A DNA stretch of 64,000 nt, taken from Phoronis australis (lineage: Eukaryota; Animalia; Phoronida). A program made the translations under genes and the position numbers. This document shows, piece by piece, positions 1 to 13,677 of this stretch. Location of the stretch: contig NMRA01000098.1 of assembly GCA_002633005.1 (NCBI GenBank), positions 495,435 to 559,434 of the forward strand, written 5' to 3'. The notes under the pieces were generated by a model, which was not told the DNA's origin, did not search any database, and worked only from the letters and a program-made list of their open reading frames with translations. The first letter of the stretch is position 1. Each line of letters begins with the position of its first letter.

Positions 1-561
1 ACTGGAACCTGGTGGTTACATTCAAACACTCTGCTGGTAGGACTAACTCCCACTCAATAAGTGGCAGAGCGTTTCAAGTGTATTTAATTGGATTTTAGTG
101 ACTCTCCGGCACAGGCAACGTTGAGAATTGGCATGATTTGTGATGATGTAAAAAAGTGCAACATTTGTATTTTGCTGTCCAATTGGTTGGTTCTAGAAGT
201 CTATCCCACGCACAATACATTTCTGAAAGACCGATTGCTCTGTTTCGCACTAGGAATGAAAGAGAAAAACATGTAATTGTTGAAATGTAAAAAAATCTTA
301 ATTAAATCACTTGCTGTGTGTTCTTTGTTGTTCGTGTTTCTTTGATGTGCCTCTCGTCTCTGCCAGAACAACTTCTGGTGTTGTGAAGTCTTCTCGTTTT
401 AGATGCTGTCTCGCACAGTCCAATGTTTTGTATAGAACTTTTTATGTGACATTCACGCTTGGAGAGTACAGGCAGGTGCTCCAACACCGAATTTAAGAGC
501 TACGAAGATATAATACAGAAAAGTCGTAGTTTGCAGATAGTCCAAAAGTCATGCATGCAAC

Positions 562-610
562 CACACACACACGCACACACACGCACACACGCACACACAC
601 ACACACACAC
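562..610. repeat. (CA)n microsatellite with CG interruptions
   Basis: Read directly: cacacacacacgcacacacacgcacacacgcacacacacacacacacac. Confidence 0.95.
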
Positions 611-1180
611 AAAATCTGAGCGCTATAATCGACTTTAAATGATTGGCATGGGTCTGTAGCACACATATTTTGATGACTGCATGGGACTGTTTAACCTGGG
701 ATTATCTACTCTTTTCGTGTACTTCTATATGTCTATGACCAGACTTATGACACCTCTGTTTACTTAATACCTTGGTGTGCTATGTGAAATACTTTCAAGT
801 AAATTCATGATACTGGTTAACATTTTTTATCTAGCATGGTGATAGTACCTCGCTTTTCATTTCAATCTTTGTATCATGTCTGTTGTTATTGTAAGTCAAC
901 TTTGTCGAGTTCAAAATGTGAATTTTCATAAGTCTTGATATAAATGTCTTGCAATAAACGGCTACCAATTTATGCTACAGGTTTTTCAACCGTTACTTTT
1001 ATTCAATTTTTATGTAGTATTATTTTGTTCCAGTGGCAGGAAGGAAAATATGCTTAATCATGAATTTTCCCTTTAAACCATCTGCAGAACAACATTGTTC
1101 TTTCTACAGAACATTTCTGACAATCGTTGTCGTCAATTTGTGTCATGAACATTGTTACCGTATTTATTGCTTGCATTGAA

Positions 1181-1360
1181 CTGCAATAGCATTCTGAATA
1201 TGATAAATGTATTGGACTGCAATAGCATTCTGAATATGATAAATGTATTGGACTGCAATAGCATTCTGAATATGATAAATGTATTGGACTGCAATAGCAT
1301 TCTGAATATGATAAATGTATTGGACTGCAATAGCATTCTGAATATGATAAATGTATTGGA
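1181..1360. repeat. 36-bp minisatellite, 5 identical copies
   Basis: Unit ctgcaatagcattctgaatatgataaatgtattgga starts at 1181, 1217, 1253, 1289 and 1325, with no spacers. Confidence 0.97.
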
Positions 1361-1877
1361 CAACATACTGGGCTGATAGAATTCAGAAACTGGTCAGCTG
1401 TATTAATGAACATGAAATATGCAAACAATTTGTAACAGCTATAATAACAGAAATTTTGATTTTGAGTCTGTCGAATGTCACTGAAAGTGGAAGCTCCTCC
1501 ATTGCACTAAACCAGAAGTGAAACATCAATGGTGTTCTCAGCCAGGGTACCAAAGCATTTGCATATGTTTCTAACGAGGAAGCTAAGCACAACTGGTATT
1601 GCTACCAGCACCATATGATTTGCATATATCTGATGAGGAAACCAAGTTTGTGACATAGCCTGTTATGTAAAAAGTAATTTTATTTTACTCTGTAACATGA
1701 CCTGTAGGTGTTTAATGCTGGTGCCTGTAGGGGCCATTGTTTTGGATGTGTCTATGAACTGCGGTGGGAATCCTTGGTGGAGTTTCGTAATTGCAAGTCT
1801 CACTAAGAAGCTGGTATGATCATGTGCCTCGCTTGTAACACATGACGATATCTTGCAAAGTCTTGTGTTTTCGTCAG

Positions 1878-1972
1878 ACCCTCGCTGCTACGGAAGGCAC
1901 GCACGCCTGGTTTTCCTCACACTAATAGTTCATTGTTTGATGGAGCGTTGCCCTCCTGTATTTACCTAAGCT
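1878..1972 (+). CDS. candidate upstream exon (phase 2 to 1), PSLLRKARTPGFPHTNSSLFDGALPSCIYLS
   Basis: Acceptor ttgtgttttcgtcag, donor ct|gtaagt, one open frame and locally raised GC. Its exit phase fits the 9923 acceptor option. No recognisable domain. Confidence 0.3.
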
Positions 1973-2592
1973 GTAAGTCACATCTGGTAACACATGTTTA
2001 ACTTGTGCACATAAAGTTCAGTGTTGTTACAACAGTATTTGGTAACTGACTGGCTAATTATTTCTGTAATAAAACCCCTAGCCAGATCACCAATTTTTGC
2101 TAAAGACCTTTTCAGCAGTATCAGTTTAATTTTCACTGTCATTCATTGATCAGTAATTTTTTGCTAGCTTGTCTGCGCTGCGTGGCAATACTGCCGCTTC
2201 CCAAAGTTAGAAATGTAGCAACAACTGCATGCATCCTGATCAGTTTGTTGGGTGTCGATTCAGTTTTAAAAATTTATTTCACAAAGAGAATTGCAATCTG
2301 CTTCAGTATTGAATCAGCTGCCGTTCATGGCTAGTGATTGTGAATCGGTGTTGAGACGGGCAAAGTTATAGATTCATATTGCTTGTGTAGCCAAAAACAA
2401 GTTATTATTGTTTAATGGGATGGACTTTAAGAGTTATTAGCTAAATGACAAAAGCTGTAAAATAGCAAATTCCATTGGATTTGTGTGATTTATTAAAATT
2501 CTGCATTTCTCAGCATTGTCTGCTAAGCATTAGCTGTAATCGAGGCCAGTGTCTCTAAATGTCCTTAAAATACTCTGCTATTTAATGCCCGA

Positions 2593-2660
2593 GATTGGGC
2601 TCGGTGGTAGAACATTGGCGTGCTAGAGCATAGTGAGTGTATTCGATTTCTTGCCTGACG
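2593..2660 (+). mobile_element. degenerate tRNA-derived SINE head
   Basis: A-box-like tgggctcggtggtag followed by B-box-like attcgatttc at tRNA-like spacing. No cloverleaf can be completed. Confidence 0.3.
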
Positions 2661-2756
2661 CTTATTTCCTGAAATTACTTTTCTCACGTATACTGTCCCT
2701 TTAATTACTTGGTGAAATGAAATTTCTCCGAGTATGTTGATTTGTCATAAAATTAG

Positions 2757-3250
2757 CTTTTCTGTTCGTTTCTTAAGTTCTTTGTTTGCACGCTACAGGT
2801 CTCAATTCTTGTCAGATCTACTTGAAATTCACATACAACATGTGTCTCAAGAATGACTCTAAGCCTATTGTTTTTAGTTAAAATCAGGCGCAAGATGGTG
2901 CCGTGGCAGCCATTTTTCCCTTTTTTGGTTTGCGGCGCTATAGCTCCACTGTTTCAGGGAGATTTTTCTGTGGATAGATCATTCCAATGGCTATCCCAGT
3001 TGATTCATTTGTTTTTCTTTAGGTTTTACCGTTCTCAAGTTATTCAAGATTTGCCAAGGACTGGTCTAAAATTCACTGACTTTTTGTGCCGTATCTTCGG
3101 CGTCCCGTGACAGATCTGTATGAAATTTGGTATGTGGATAGATCATTCCAAGAGGTGTCAGCATTGTGAAACTCATTTCTTGCTACGACTTTCTGTTGTC
3201 GCGATATTCGGGATTTACTGCTCAGATGGCTGCTCTTTTGTTGACTAGTT
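2757..3250 (+). mobile_element. degenerate HINE/MITE-like interspersed repeat
   Basis: Internal repeated motifs (cagatct..tgaaatt, tggatagatcattcc twice, caagatgg..gcagccatttt) and a 3' end in actagtt, resembling Helentron-associated elements. Related motifs continue to about 3470. Confidence 0.35.
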
Positions 3251-6200
3251 AGTTATAGCTGTACTTTGATAGCCTATCATATTTGAGCAAGAGATCGCAT
3301 TTTTCGTCTGATCCACATGAAATTTAAGTATAGTGCTTACTAAGTCAATAGCCTGAAGACTTTTGTTCTTGAGCAAAATGGTGCTGTGACGACCATTTTT
3401 CACATGTCTGCGATAATTTGACCGAAACTTTTCAAATTTGGTATGTGAATAGATATCACCACGGACTATTGTACACTGGTTTTGTCATTGACCTCACCTG
3501 TCAATTTTTATTTGATTTCACCAAGTGTCGCTTCTCAGAGCGTTTTCATTTTTTACCGGTACGTCACATTGTCTTGTTCATATTACTATGAAATATTCTA
3601 ATAACTAGTGAGTCAAAGGAGTTTTCTATGTTGCACCAGCAAACTGTAACAGTGTAGTTAAACAGATTAACATGTCAAATCTTTAATTAACCTCTAAACA
3701 ACTCCGTTCAGTGTTTTTCTTCACTTAGACTTGCTAGTGGCTTGTTTGTGAATGTGATGCATAGCTCTATTCCATTTCACTAATGTTGTTCATTTACTAA
3801 TTCCTGCTTAGTTTATTTTCAGTTTTCCCACAGGAGCTCCTTTGTTTTCACATACATACAAATGTTTGAGGTTAATGATCTTAGTCGCGGATGTGAATGA
3901 AATATGATAACTATATTGGAATGGGCACAATCTTTGCTTTACTCACGACTTTTCAAATAGTCCTGAAAAACGTTCTACACGTAACTTTTTTTGATTGACC
4001 CAATTTCTAATTCTGTTGTATGAAGATTGGCCTTGGTTAGGAAGAACTTTTAATTTCTCTCATTCAAAATACATTTTGAGATGTTAGACACATTTGTATC
4101 TATCGTTTGTATATCCCACCACTCAGCAGTGGCAATTTGATATGGTATGGTAGTCGCAAAGAATATGAAAAATTTCGTAGAAGAATGCAGAATGCTGTAC
4201 CCCTACTTCTCTTTTGCCCTTTAGTGATAGTTGCGATAGCCGAATCTATTTCCGTTGGCAATCAGAACATCAAAACCATCAGTGACTTAGTGTACGATTG
4301 TAGTAACCAGCTCATTTGACAACACTTCAAGACCGGATGAACGCGGTAGTGTTTTCAAATCCTAAAGAACTTCGGTTAAGAACTCGTCATTGACAGCAAA
4401 ACAGCGCCAAATGTAGGTCACTTCAGAAGATATAGACTTCAGTTTTGAATGGTTAATTTATGCAATGTTGCTGTGATATATAATTTCATTGTATTTTTTT
4501 CAAATATCCTTCATTCTAACACAATGAGCTCTTCATTTTATTTATCATCCAACCACGTATATGATACTCATAATTAAAAAATACTCCAGCACAACGTTTT
4601 GGAGCACCATTTTTTGATTAACTCGATGACTCGTGCATCAAAGTGTGACACAACTTCAGTGCCCGCTTAAACCACTGAAGCCGATCTGTAAGGTTCATCT
4701 TCGCAGTTTACGTCAATGCTCTTCAGATACTGCATACTATTAAAAATTGAAAACAGCTTTTTAGTTTGATCCAGTTATGTTCTGAAAGGGCAAAGGTCTG
4801 GATACTGGAGTTAAAGAAATATCCAAATCCAGGGAGTTACTACAATGGATAGTCTTAACCCGCATATCGGCACATTAAAACGCCTCGTATCACTTTTATG
4901 TGGTTAAATCACCAAACCCATATATAATACAACAGAATGCAGTTTGCCTTTTGCCCTGAGCTGAGTGAATGGTTCACCGCACTAGTTTGGCTTGGATGGT
5001 CCAATAGGTTTATGATTCATTCTTGTCCCTTTTTTATGCTATTGATTCTTAAGTTGGCGAAGATCTAGTAACTCCAATGGCCCACCTATTTCCACTATCG
5101 CTGTCTATCTGTGATCCAAAGACGTGTGAGTATATAGTAAATATTGATGAATATTGTCAGATCTATTGTTTCCTAACCGCCATTGACATTTCAGTTTGTC
5201 CTTATTTCACTAAGGGAATGTTCACACCTGTAGGAGTTACTGTGAATCTATACGTAATTAATTAGTAATTAAATACTTATTGGTCTGAGCGCCTTTGTAT
5301 TGCCGAAGGACCTTGGTATGAATGAAAAGAGACATAGGAAATGTGAAATACTTGAGGGGTGTAAGTAGTGTTTTTTTCAGCTAACTGCTGATTTATCTGG
5401 CGTTAGTTTTAGAGACGCTAATATTCTATTTTCAAAATCAGAGAATTATGTTTTAGCAAACATAAAATTCTAGGTTTTTTTCTGTTTGGTAGATAAGCAA
5501 ATTCCGTTTCATATTCAGCGAAATAAAACACCAAAAGTGATCTCGGATTCGCCTTACTTTTTCCTCTGAATTATGGAACAGCACCAGATATCCTGCTGCA
5601 CGGCATACTTATTGTTCATCAAAACAAGGAAAAGAACAGCACAACCTTTAGAAAGAAAAAAAGAGCAACTACGTGATCACGTCCCTGCAAAACTATTGTG
5701 GATCAGTTTAAGGCCAGCTCGACGCTTAGATAAATGTCATATCACATTTGGTTACCTGGCAAAAATCCCAGGTTGCCAAACAAAAACTGAGGTCTCCAAA
5801 CATGAAGATATCGGACACCGAAATAAATTCTGAGGTTTCTCCTATCCGGCGTGAAAAGTTCGTCGACCAAAAAAGGGGGACGACCGGCTGTGACGCCACC
5901 TATTCTATTGCGCTCCAATATCCCCAGTAAATGCCCAAAGGTAGGCGTGCATTCATTCTCGAACTCAATTCCTCCAATTACTCCCGAACGACCATGGAAC
6001 GTAGGCGACCACATGAGCTGGAGGCGTGAATTTTGCCGATCTTGCCCTTTTTTTGTTGAACACTTCATACTTCTTTCTGTTTACTACCTGTTGTAATTAA
6101 AACGTGGTGGCAAATGATTTAAAGGGAACAATTACGAATCAAAGGTAATAAATATAGGAAAACTTTTAGTAATTTAAAGTTTGGAAGTCAACACGAACTT

Positions 6201-9200
6201 TGAAATGAATTTAGAGGAAATTATTGTCTAACTTTGAGTTTTATGGCGACTTGGAATTTTTCCCAGGTTGCCAAACCCAATCTGAAGTTGCATTCGTGAC
6301 CTACGGTCCCCAAATCGAGTGCTGGATTATATCAGTTTTAAGATCTCGGTAATCAAAAAAAATATTGAAGTTATGGAATTCTACTGGTGAATTTCATTGG
6401 AAACGTTTAATTTAGTGAAAGATAGATTCTGTAAATTCTGTCTGTTTTCCGTTATTGTGAAAAACCAGGATCTCTGTAGTTCAAGTTCTGATATTTCATA
6501 TGTTGTGTAACTTTTACTTGCTAAGCATCAACAATTATCTGACAAATTTACGACACAACCTGGCACACAGGTGAAGTTTTATTTTTCATTTTCTCTCATG
6601 TTATGTGCGATATCCCATGTTCACATTCTGTCATACAGCCATAATGTCAGACAATTCTAGATATTCACAACAGTGTTAGAAGCCCTTCCAAAATCATAAG
6701 TCATTTTGTCATTTATTTACCTGCAATTGTGGAATTTTATCCTATTTGAACCAAACATTTAAGTTTTAGAGTTTTAACATCTCGATTTTCCCTGCTCAAT
6801 CATTGTACTACTGTGAACTCTGATCCTGTAAGTTTGATTACAATCTCAAGTGATTGCTGTCAAGTTGCACTCCAATATTAGCAACTGTCATTTTTGGAAT
6901 TGGTGTTGGATACCTAGTTATGCCAATTTTCTTCCGGCTATTGAGTAATGTTAATACTGAATGATTGCATGTTGCCTATTCAACAGTGCATTGTATGGTT
7001 ACATCCTGATTTTTGTGGGTGGCCAAATCGGCACACCATGTTAGGTAAGAAAATCCCTGATGGGAGAGATAGAAAATTTGATCACCCTTTTATTGTGGTT
7101 GTGTGGTATTTGAATGAAGTTCTGATTTCATTGATAAAACTTGTAAATGTGGTCTGTGTTGGAGTGTGTTTTGGCTCTTCTCAAGTACAAACAATATTTG
7201 TTAATGCAAATTCAATGACCGTTTAGTCGAAAATTGGGTGCAGTCAACTTGAACATGTTATGGGTTTCCTTTTATTCGGGGTAACCTTTGGAGCAGCAAA
7301 GGGTACATGGACACTGTCTGAGCTTCTGTAGGCAATTGTTGAAATCAATTTGGATCTGGAAGTGTCAGTCAAAGATAGATTAATGATGTCATCATTATCT
7401 TATGTTTGCTGCACAGCAGGGCGTCTTCCATTCTCAATGCCCATCTGGTCTAGACAATTTTTACTGCCCCCAGTTTATGACATGCCATTGTTATCACAAG
7501 TGAATGAAGGGTTGTTTGTGTCCACAGAGAAGGTTTTGTATCCCTGTTTGTTGAACCTAGCTATAGTGCTGGCATTGAACAGAGACCACTTTTGATAAAT
7601 TTACATTAACCTTGAGCCAGTTAAAGCCCATTCAGGCTAAAAAAGACTGAACAGCAATCTATACTAGTACAATAAAGCAACATGCCATGTTCCTTGTTGT
7701 GTTTAACAGGTTAGTGTCCAAAGTATGTACGAGTGGAGGTGTACCGTTGTATGCTAATCCCTCTCTAAACAATTTCAATTATTTCTTGCAGTCGTGACAA
7801 TCGAGTGAAAATTTTGAATGAATAGCCTTTTTAGGTTTTCACATGGTTCAACATGGAATGCGAATTTGCAAGGGCATAAATGTAGAAAAAATTGCGTGTT
7901 ACGTCTATACATTTTCAAGGTTCATTAGGCAGGTCAACAAACTTGTGATCAGATGGGGCGTTGCCGTGCAGGTGACGGATATGTGATGTGAATGTTAACT
8001 TGAATTGTTTTGATGTTTTATGTTAATCAAAGCCCTTGAAAAATGAAAATTATGATATAAGTCACGTTCATCACCTTTTTATTTGCTTCTCTTACTCTGT
8101 TTGTGAGTGAATGTAATTCAGCTAAATTTGATATATCTCCAAAGCTCGAGTTTCTGTGATCAAATCTCGTCAGTATAGGACGCTTGTGACAGACTAGGGG
8201 AGTTATAATTCCTCGTTTGTTCATTATGAGCTGCTCCAAAATCATGCTTTATTATTGTCAAGTTCTCTACCATAGCTACCATGACAATGGACATTCCCAA
8301 TAGTTTATATGAACCCTTTGAAAAATGAGAAAATCGCAAGATATTTTAGTATAGCCTGTCAGCTGTTTGAAACAATTATAATGATCCTGCTGGTAGCATT
8401 ATAGATAAACAGTAGATTTAACTCGGTTTACCTAGTTAAGAATATAGAAGTTTCAACATTGTGCTGTCAACAAATACTCTATTGATGTTTTAATGACCTT
8501 TGCAAAAGGTTAAATTTGTCTAACTTCTGAATGAAACTTCATATATCTTATTTAATAGTTTGTTAAACTCAAATGGAACTTTCAGTTGCTTTAATTTTGT
8601 ATAATTGTTCTCTACCATGCATATCTAGGAACTGTTTTAAAGAGTTGTCATTTTACATTATTGGAAATAAAAGACATTCAACAATTTTTACAGAGATATT
8701 GACTTTCATCTATAAGTTACATGAAATTCAAATAATTTATTTAATTTATGAAACTTTAGCTACATGAAGAGGGTTGGCAATGTCTACGAGCACTGTTCAT
8801 AGTTGTGCTGGACATCATCTAAACATCAACTCCTTGTCTTAGACTTGCTGTTGGCATTTCTTACTATTTGAGTAACATCACTTTATGTGACAGCTTCGAG
8901 CTGTTACCTGTTATTGAAAGTTGTCCCTGGGTTTGTGTAACCTGTTCAAGTTCTGATATTTCACTCTTTCTCTATTTATGTACAATTAATAGAGTTGTCT
9001 ATTTGCTGGCTCATTCACTTACTCCATACCCTCCAGCCATTTGTGTCATGAGGCAGTAGATGGTTTATCACTGTCTTTTGTATTGCATGGTATTAGTGCA
9101 GCCTGTACCTTCTGATATTTTACATGGCAGGAAGAGAACAACTTTATAAGTCTCAACTGTTATAACTCAGTCAGTGGTAGGTTACTCCAGCAAAGGTGAT

Positions 9201-9454
9201 TCTAGTTATTTCACATAATGAGTAGCCTTGGCCTAACCAACACAATACCTCAGCAACTATGAAAATAAGTATCCAATACAATTACCAGTTAATGGCCAAG
9301 AATCCTGCCCAAGACAATAGCAAGACTAAATTACTTTTGTAGCCCATCTACCCCCAAAGCCTTTGTTACTGTTGACAATGGTACCAAAGCCAATTAGCTC
9401 ACCAGAGAGGATTTTTGAAAGCTGAATTACCCTCCCCCCCCCTCCTAGGCATTG

Positions 9455-9598
9455 ACTGGGAATGCTGCTGTTGCTCTAAAAGATTTGTTCCATTAGCTTG
9501 TCCTGGATTGCCCCATGTTTGTAACTGGGAATGCTGCTGTTGCTCTAAATGACTTGTTCCATTAGCTTGTCCTGGATTGCCCCATGTTTGCATACTGG
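9455..9598. repeat. 69-bp tandem duplication (2 copies plus a partial)
   Basis: actgggaatgctgctgttgctctaaa...ccccatgtttg starts at 9455 and 9524. Confidence 0.93.
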
Positions 9599-9922
9599 TA
9601 CATGCTTGTGTTTGCTTCAATGGTGATTTCTTTTCAAGCAAATGTTTTAAAGTGCACCAATTTCGTGTGTAAAACATTTTGGTTTTCTGTCTGTAGTGCA
9701 GTGGTGGAGGCTGCGAGGGCAAAAAATGAGCGAGTTATCAATGAGTTGTTATCAAGGTTTTACAGAATTGGCCAACACAATTTGTGCTCAGTAGTAACTG
9801 AATTAACTGAAGTAAAATAGTATCAGCAAATCCAACTTGTTCTCAATGTTACATTGGATTGCAAATGGAATGATTTATCAGTAGACATCAATCTCAATTG
9901 TTTTTTTCTGGGTCAATCTCAG

Positions 9923-9990
9923 GTTTACTTAGATTACGTTTTCCTCCATATCAGCGCAAGGCTGATTTACTGAATTGCAATTTCATAACG
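9923..9990 (+). CDS. candidate exon immediately upstream of the TM exon, (LLRLRFPPYQ)RKADLLNCNFIT
   Basis: Strong donor ACG|gtaagt at 9991 in phase 0, matching the phase-0 acceptor at 11610. The acceptor is ambiguous: 9923 (phase 1) or 9955 (ttcctccatatcag, phase 0). The frame is open in both cases. Confidence 0.5.
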
Positions 9991-11609
9991 GTAAGTAGTC
10001 ACAATCAAGAATTGGTTTTTGTTATGGAAATCAGGGGTTTAAAACCACTTTCAATAAATCTGAAATAAAGTAGCCTAAATTACGTAGTGCACAGAATGTT
10101 ATAGATACCCAGCCATCATTGGATAAAACAGTATCAGAACAATTTATTTTCTAAGCTTGTTTCAGAATAAAATCCTGTAACTTTATTGCCAAAAGTGAGA
10201 TTGGTCATTTAGTATTTAAAAGTTTGGTATCCTCGCAGACATCCATTAGCATGAGATATTTTGTTAAGTTCCAGTTGGTAAATTGCGAGTATTTTTTTCA
10301 GCACTTCTTACTTTTCCATGTGCCCATTTCCAGATTGCCTGGGTATGGCTGTGGTATGGACTTCCTGCATCTGAATGTCTCCCCCCCCCACCCGTCATTT
10401 GAAAGAGACTCCCTCTGCGCGTTTTTTTCAAACATCTCACATTTAAATGTCAGTCTGGAGCTGCACACAAGGGTTTACCAATGGCTACAGTTAAAGATCT
10501 GCTCTCTACTTACAAGATAAGCTAATTGAATGGGGGCTGCATTTCCTAGTTTCCCTGGAAATTAGCTCAATCAGCAAGTGAATGGGGGACATTTCTCTGC
10601 ATCAGGTCATCTATTCTTGCTCATTTTGCAGGTTTACTGTCACCTATTTTGCAGGATAGTAGTGAATTTTTATTTTCTGTGAAAGATGTATACCACCAAA
10701 TTAATGCTTTTCTTCTATGTTCAAGTTCTGTTCCATTGTTTCCTCCAGAAACGTCAAGAAATTGGAAGACATTGACAATGTTAGAAGCCATTGAAAAATG
10801 AAAAAGAGCAACTTTGGTCATCATTTTTGTCTGAAATTGGAGGGATTTTTGCAGCAGCTTATTTAAAAGCTTGCTGCATGAAGTTTTTGAAATTATTTTT
10901 GTTTGGCCATGGAAGTAGAACAATACATCCTTGGCTGAAACAACAGTTTTTCCTAAGAAGCTTGAGCTCTATGTAACAACTATTGTTTTGGTTCATGTTT
11001 TGAACTGGAGCCCTTCATTTTAGTTTTTTATATCGCATTCTTAACTACCCGTGGTAAAACCTTGAACCAAATGTAGTTCATTGATCGCTAACTTGATTTT
11101 TTAAAACTTGAAATTTGCAATTTATGCTCGGCCTAATTAGTGCTTTGGTGGTCTATACGTTTTTGGATGACCAGCCAACAGTTTTACTGGCTTCAACGAA
11201 TAACATTTTAGCTGAAAAGTACCCAAATGCATGGTTGATATTGAACATTTTGTGTTGAAAAATTTGTTTCATTATAAAAGTTCACGTTTCTGGTGTCAAA
11301 TATCATCAAGGGTGAGTAAATTGTGGTTTTTATTGTAATTATCTCGGTTAAAGTACATTGCTACTGCTCATCTCTGCTCATTAATTAGCCTGTCGCCCAT
11401 GTATACATATGTGGGTGCATTTTGCCATCATTTCTGTTGTCCGTATGTCAAGCTTCTGTCCAGCATCACCAATTTGGGATGGGGAGGTATTCATACGGAA
11501 ATGACGACGCACTCAGTAGAGGCATCTTATGACTCTTGTTCTCAGAACGTGCATTTACCAGTGAAGAAAAGTGTTCTGTAATGGTAAATTTCATTTTTTT
11601 TGTTTTTAG

Positions 11610-11751
11610 GATCAGCTGGAAGATGTTGCAAAACAGTCGAACATCGTCAAGATCATCGTTGCTGTCAGTATCAGTGTTTTCATCATAGTCCTCGTCTGTT
11701 TCCTGCTTGTATGGTGTAATGTGCGAAAGAAACGTCGTCGTGACAGACGTC
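11610..11751 (+). CDS. exon encoding a type-I transmembrane helix and polybasic stop-transfer: DQLEDVAKQSNIVKIIVAVSISVFIIVLVCFLLVWCNVRKKRRRDRR
   Basis: Acceptor ttttttttgtttttag, donor c|gtgagt, about 22 uninterrupted hydrophobic residues followed by RKKRRR. Phase 0 to 1. Confidence 0.9.
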
Positions 11752-12380
11752 GTGAGTATTCAATCTTTTCACGTGTTATAAAATGCGTAAGATTAGAAGT
11801 ACAAAAATGGAATTGTTATAAACATCAACCAACTAATTAAAATTATTTTAATACAGTCAGTATAGATAAAATTATACAAAAACTGCATTTCTATACAGTT
11901 TTGGTATAGTTTATTGATCAGATTCTAAACTGAAAAAAGTAACGTGTAAAATACTAATTTTTAGGTGTAGGAGATTAAAATCTGTTAGCAATAATTAATA
12001 ATAGTAATAATAATAAGAAAAGCAATGGACTTTATTTACAAAAATGCTAACATGCTTTAACCAAAAGGCTAATGTGCAGCAAAGTCCTCTTTAATATAGA
12101 ATGATTTGACTTGAATTAACTTGAATTTAAAGTAAAAGATGAATAAATGGAACCTTTTAGAGCCATGACACAACGAGAAGGATGGTATTGTACAGAATGG
12201 TATGAACTAAGCAAAGACAGTATAGCTTTTGCCTCATTTGTAACTTTGTTGACTTTGAGTCAAAGGTGCTGGCCTATCTGAATGTGTAATTGCTAATCTG
12301 GGAATGAAGTCGCTCAGAAATTATTGCGTCCCACACCCAGTAGTTGTGTTTTCTTCAAATTACCGTTTGCCATCACTGCA

Positions 12381-13669
12381 TTTTTATGCACCCGCATATT
12401 TGTGGACGCATTATGCCGTCATCTCCGTCCGTCCGTCCGGCGTCAGTAAGGCTTCCGGCGTCCACTGCTCTATCTCCAAAACCCTTTGACATACGTCAAT
12501 GAAATTTGACACACGTGTTCCTTTTGTAGACGGGACGGCATGAGCGAACTTTCAGATGGATTCTACTACCGGTGTGCCCCCTAGTGGCAATTTTAGTTTT
12601 TTACGTTTACCTCTGTATCTTCAAAAGTCCTGAATGGATTTTTATAAAAATTGGAATATGGGCACCTATTAGCGAGATGACACTATCCTCCTATTTTCAG
12701 ATGGATTTGACGTAGTTTGCGCCACCTAGTGGCCATTTTTACTGTTTTCGAGTCTGTTTTTGCGTCCACTCTCTATCAACCAAACCACTCAAAGGATGAT
12801 TGTGAAAGTTGGCAGTTGTGTGCTTACTATAAAGAGGACGGTTGACAATGATTTTCCGACGAGTTTGACTTCTGTGGCGCCTCTTAATGGCAGTTTTGTT
12901 TCTTTTGCGCTCATGGCTGTATATCCTAAACCGTTTGCAGGATCTTTACTTAATTTAGCAAGTGTATTTATGTGATGCTGACAACGAACGACGACAACTT
13001 TCGGACGGATTTGACTACTGGTGTGCTCCCTAGTGGCAATTTTAGTTTTTTACATTTACCAGTCTTTATTTTCAAAGGTACTCAACAGATTTTCATAAAA
13101 TTTTGAATAAAGGCATGTATTGGTGAGATGACGCTATCATCCTGTTTTTGGATGGAATCGAGGTATTTTGCGCCACCTAGTGGCTATTTTTGGTGTTTTC
13201 AAATCTTGTTTTTGGCGTCCACTTTCTGTCAACCAAATCATTCTGGGGATGGTTTTGAACATTGGCGTATATACTTTCAGTATAAAGAGGACGTTTGATG
13301 ATGGCGACTGACTACTGTAACGCCTCCTACTGATAGTTTTGTTTTGTTTTGCGCCTATAGCTGTACCTCCAAAACCCACTGCAAGACCTTTAATTTAGTA
13401 AGTGAATTTACATGAAGATAACAGTCGACTTTCAGGCGGGTCAAATAGTCGCTGTGCCCACAAGTGGCAATTTCGTTTTTTTCTGTTTTCCTTTGTTTCT
13501 CTGAAGTTCGTTTACAGATTTTTATGAAATTGGCATGTGCCCATTTTTGGATGGATTGTACATTTTTGCGCCATCTAGTGGCCGTTTTTATGATACAAAT
13601 AAATAACCCCAAAAGCACACCATTTGCGATGCATTCGTGGACGCATTTCAATGCTCCGCGTTGCTCTTG
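12381..13669 (+). mobile_element. HINE-like (DINE-1/pearl-type) non-autonomous element, copy 1, with internal tandem array
   Basis: T-run start, subterminal inverted repeat atgcacccgca/tgtggacgcat, (gtcc)n microsatellite and eight ~145-bp subunits in ABC order. The 3' end is gtggacgcatttcaa...ttgctcttg. A homologous copy lies at 60650-62826. Confidence 0.8.
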
Positions 13670-13677
13670 ATTCCTAA

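Noticed and set aside
311-496. 61-aa ORF with a possible acceptor at tgccag
   Set aside because: No convincing donor, it ends in a stop, and it has no recognisable motif.
1054-1428. Repetitive ORFs and CRISPR-like periodicity over the 36-bp repeat
   Set aside because: The units are identical and contiguous with no spacers. The ORFs are by-products of a unit length divisible by three.
9399-9722. Minus-strand Gln-rich repeated ORF
   Set aside because: It arises from the 69-bp duplication, and I found no splice context or partner exons on the minus strand.
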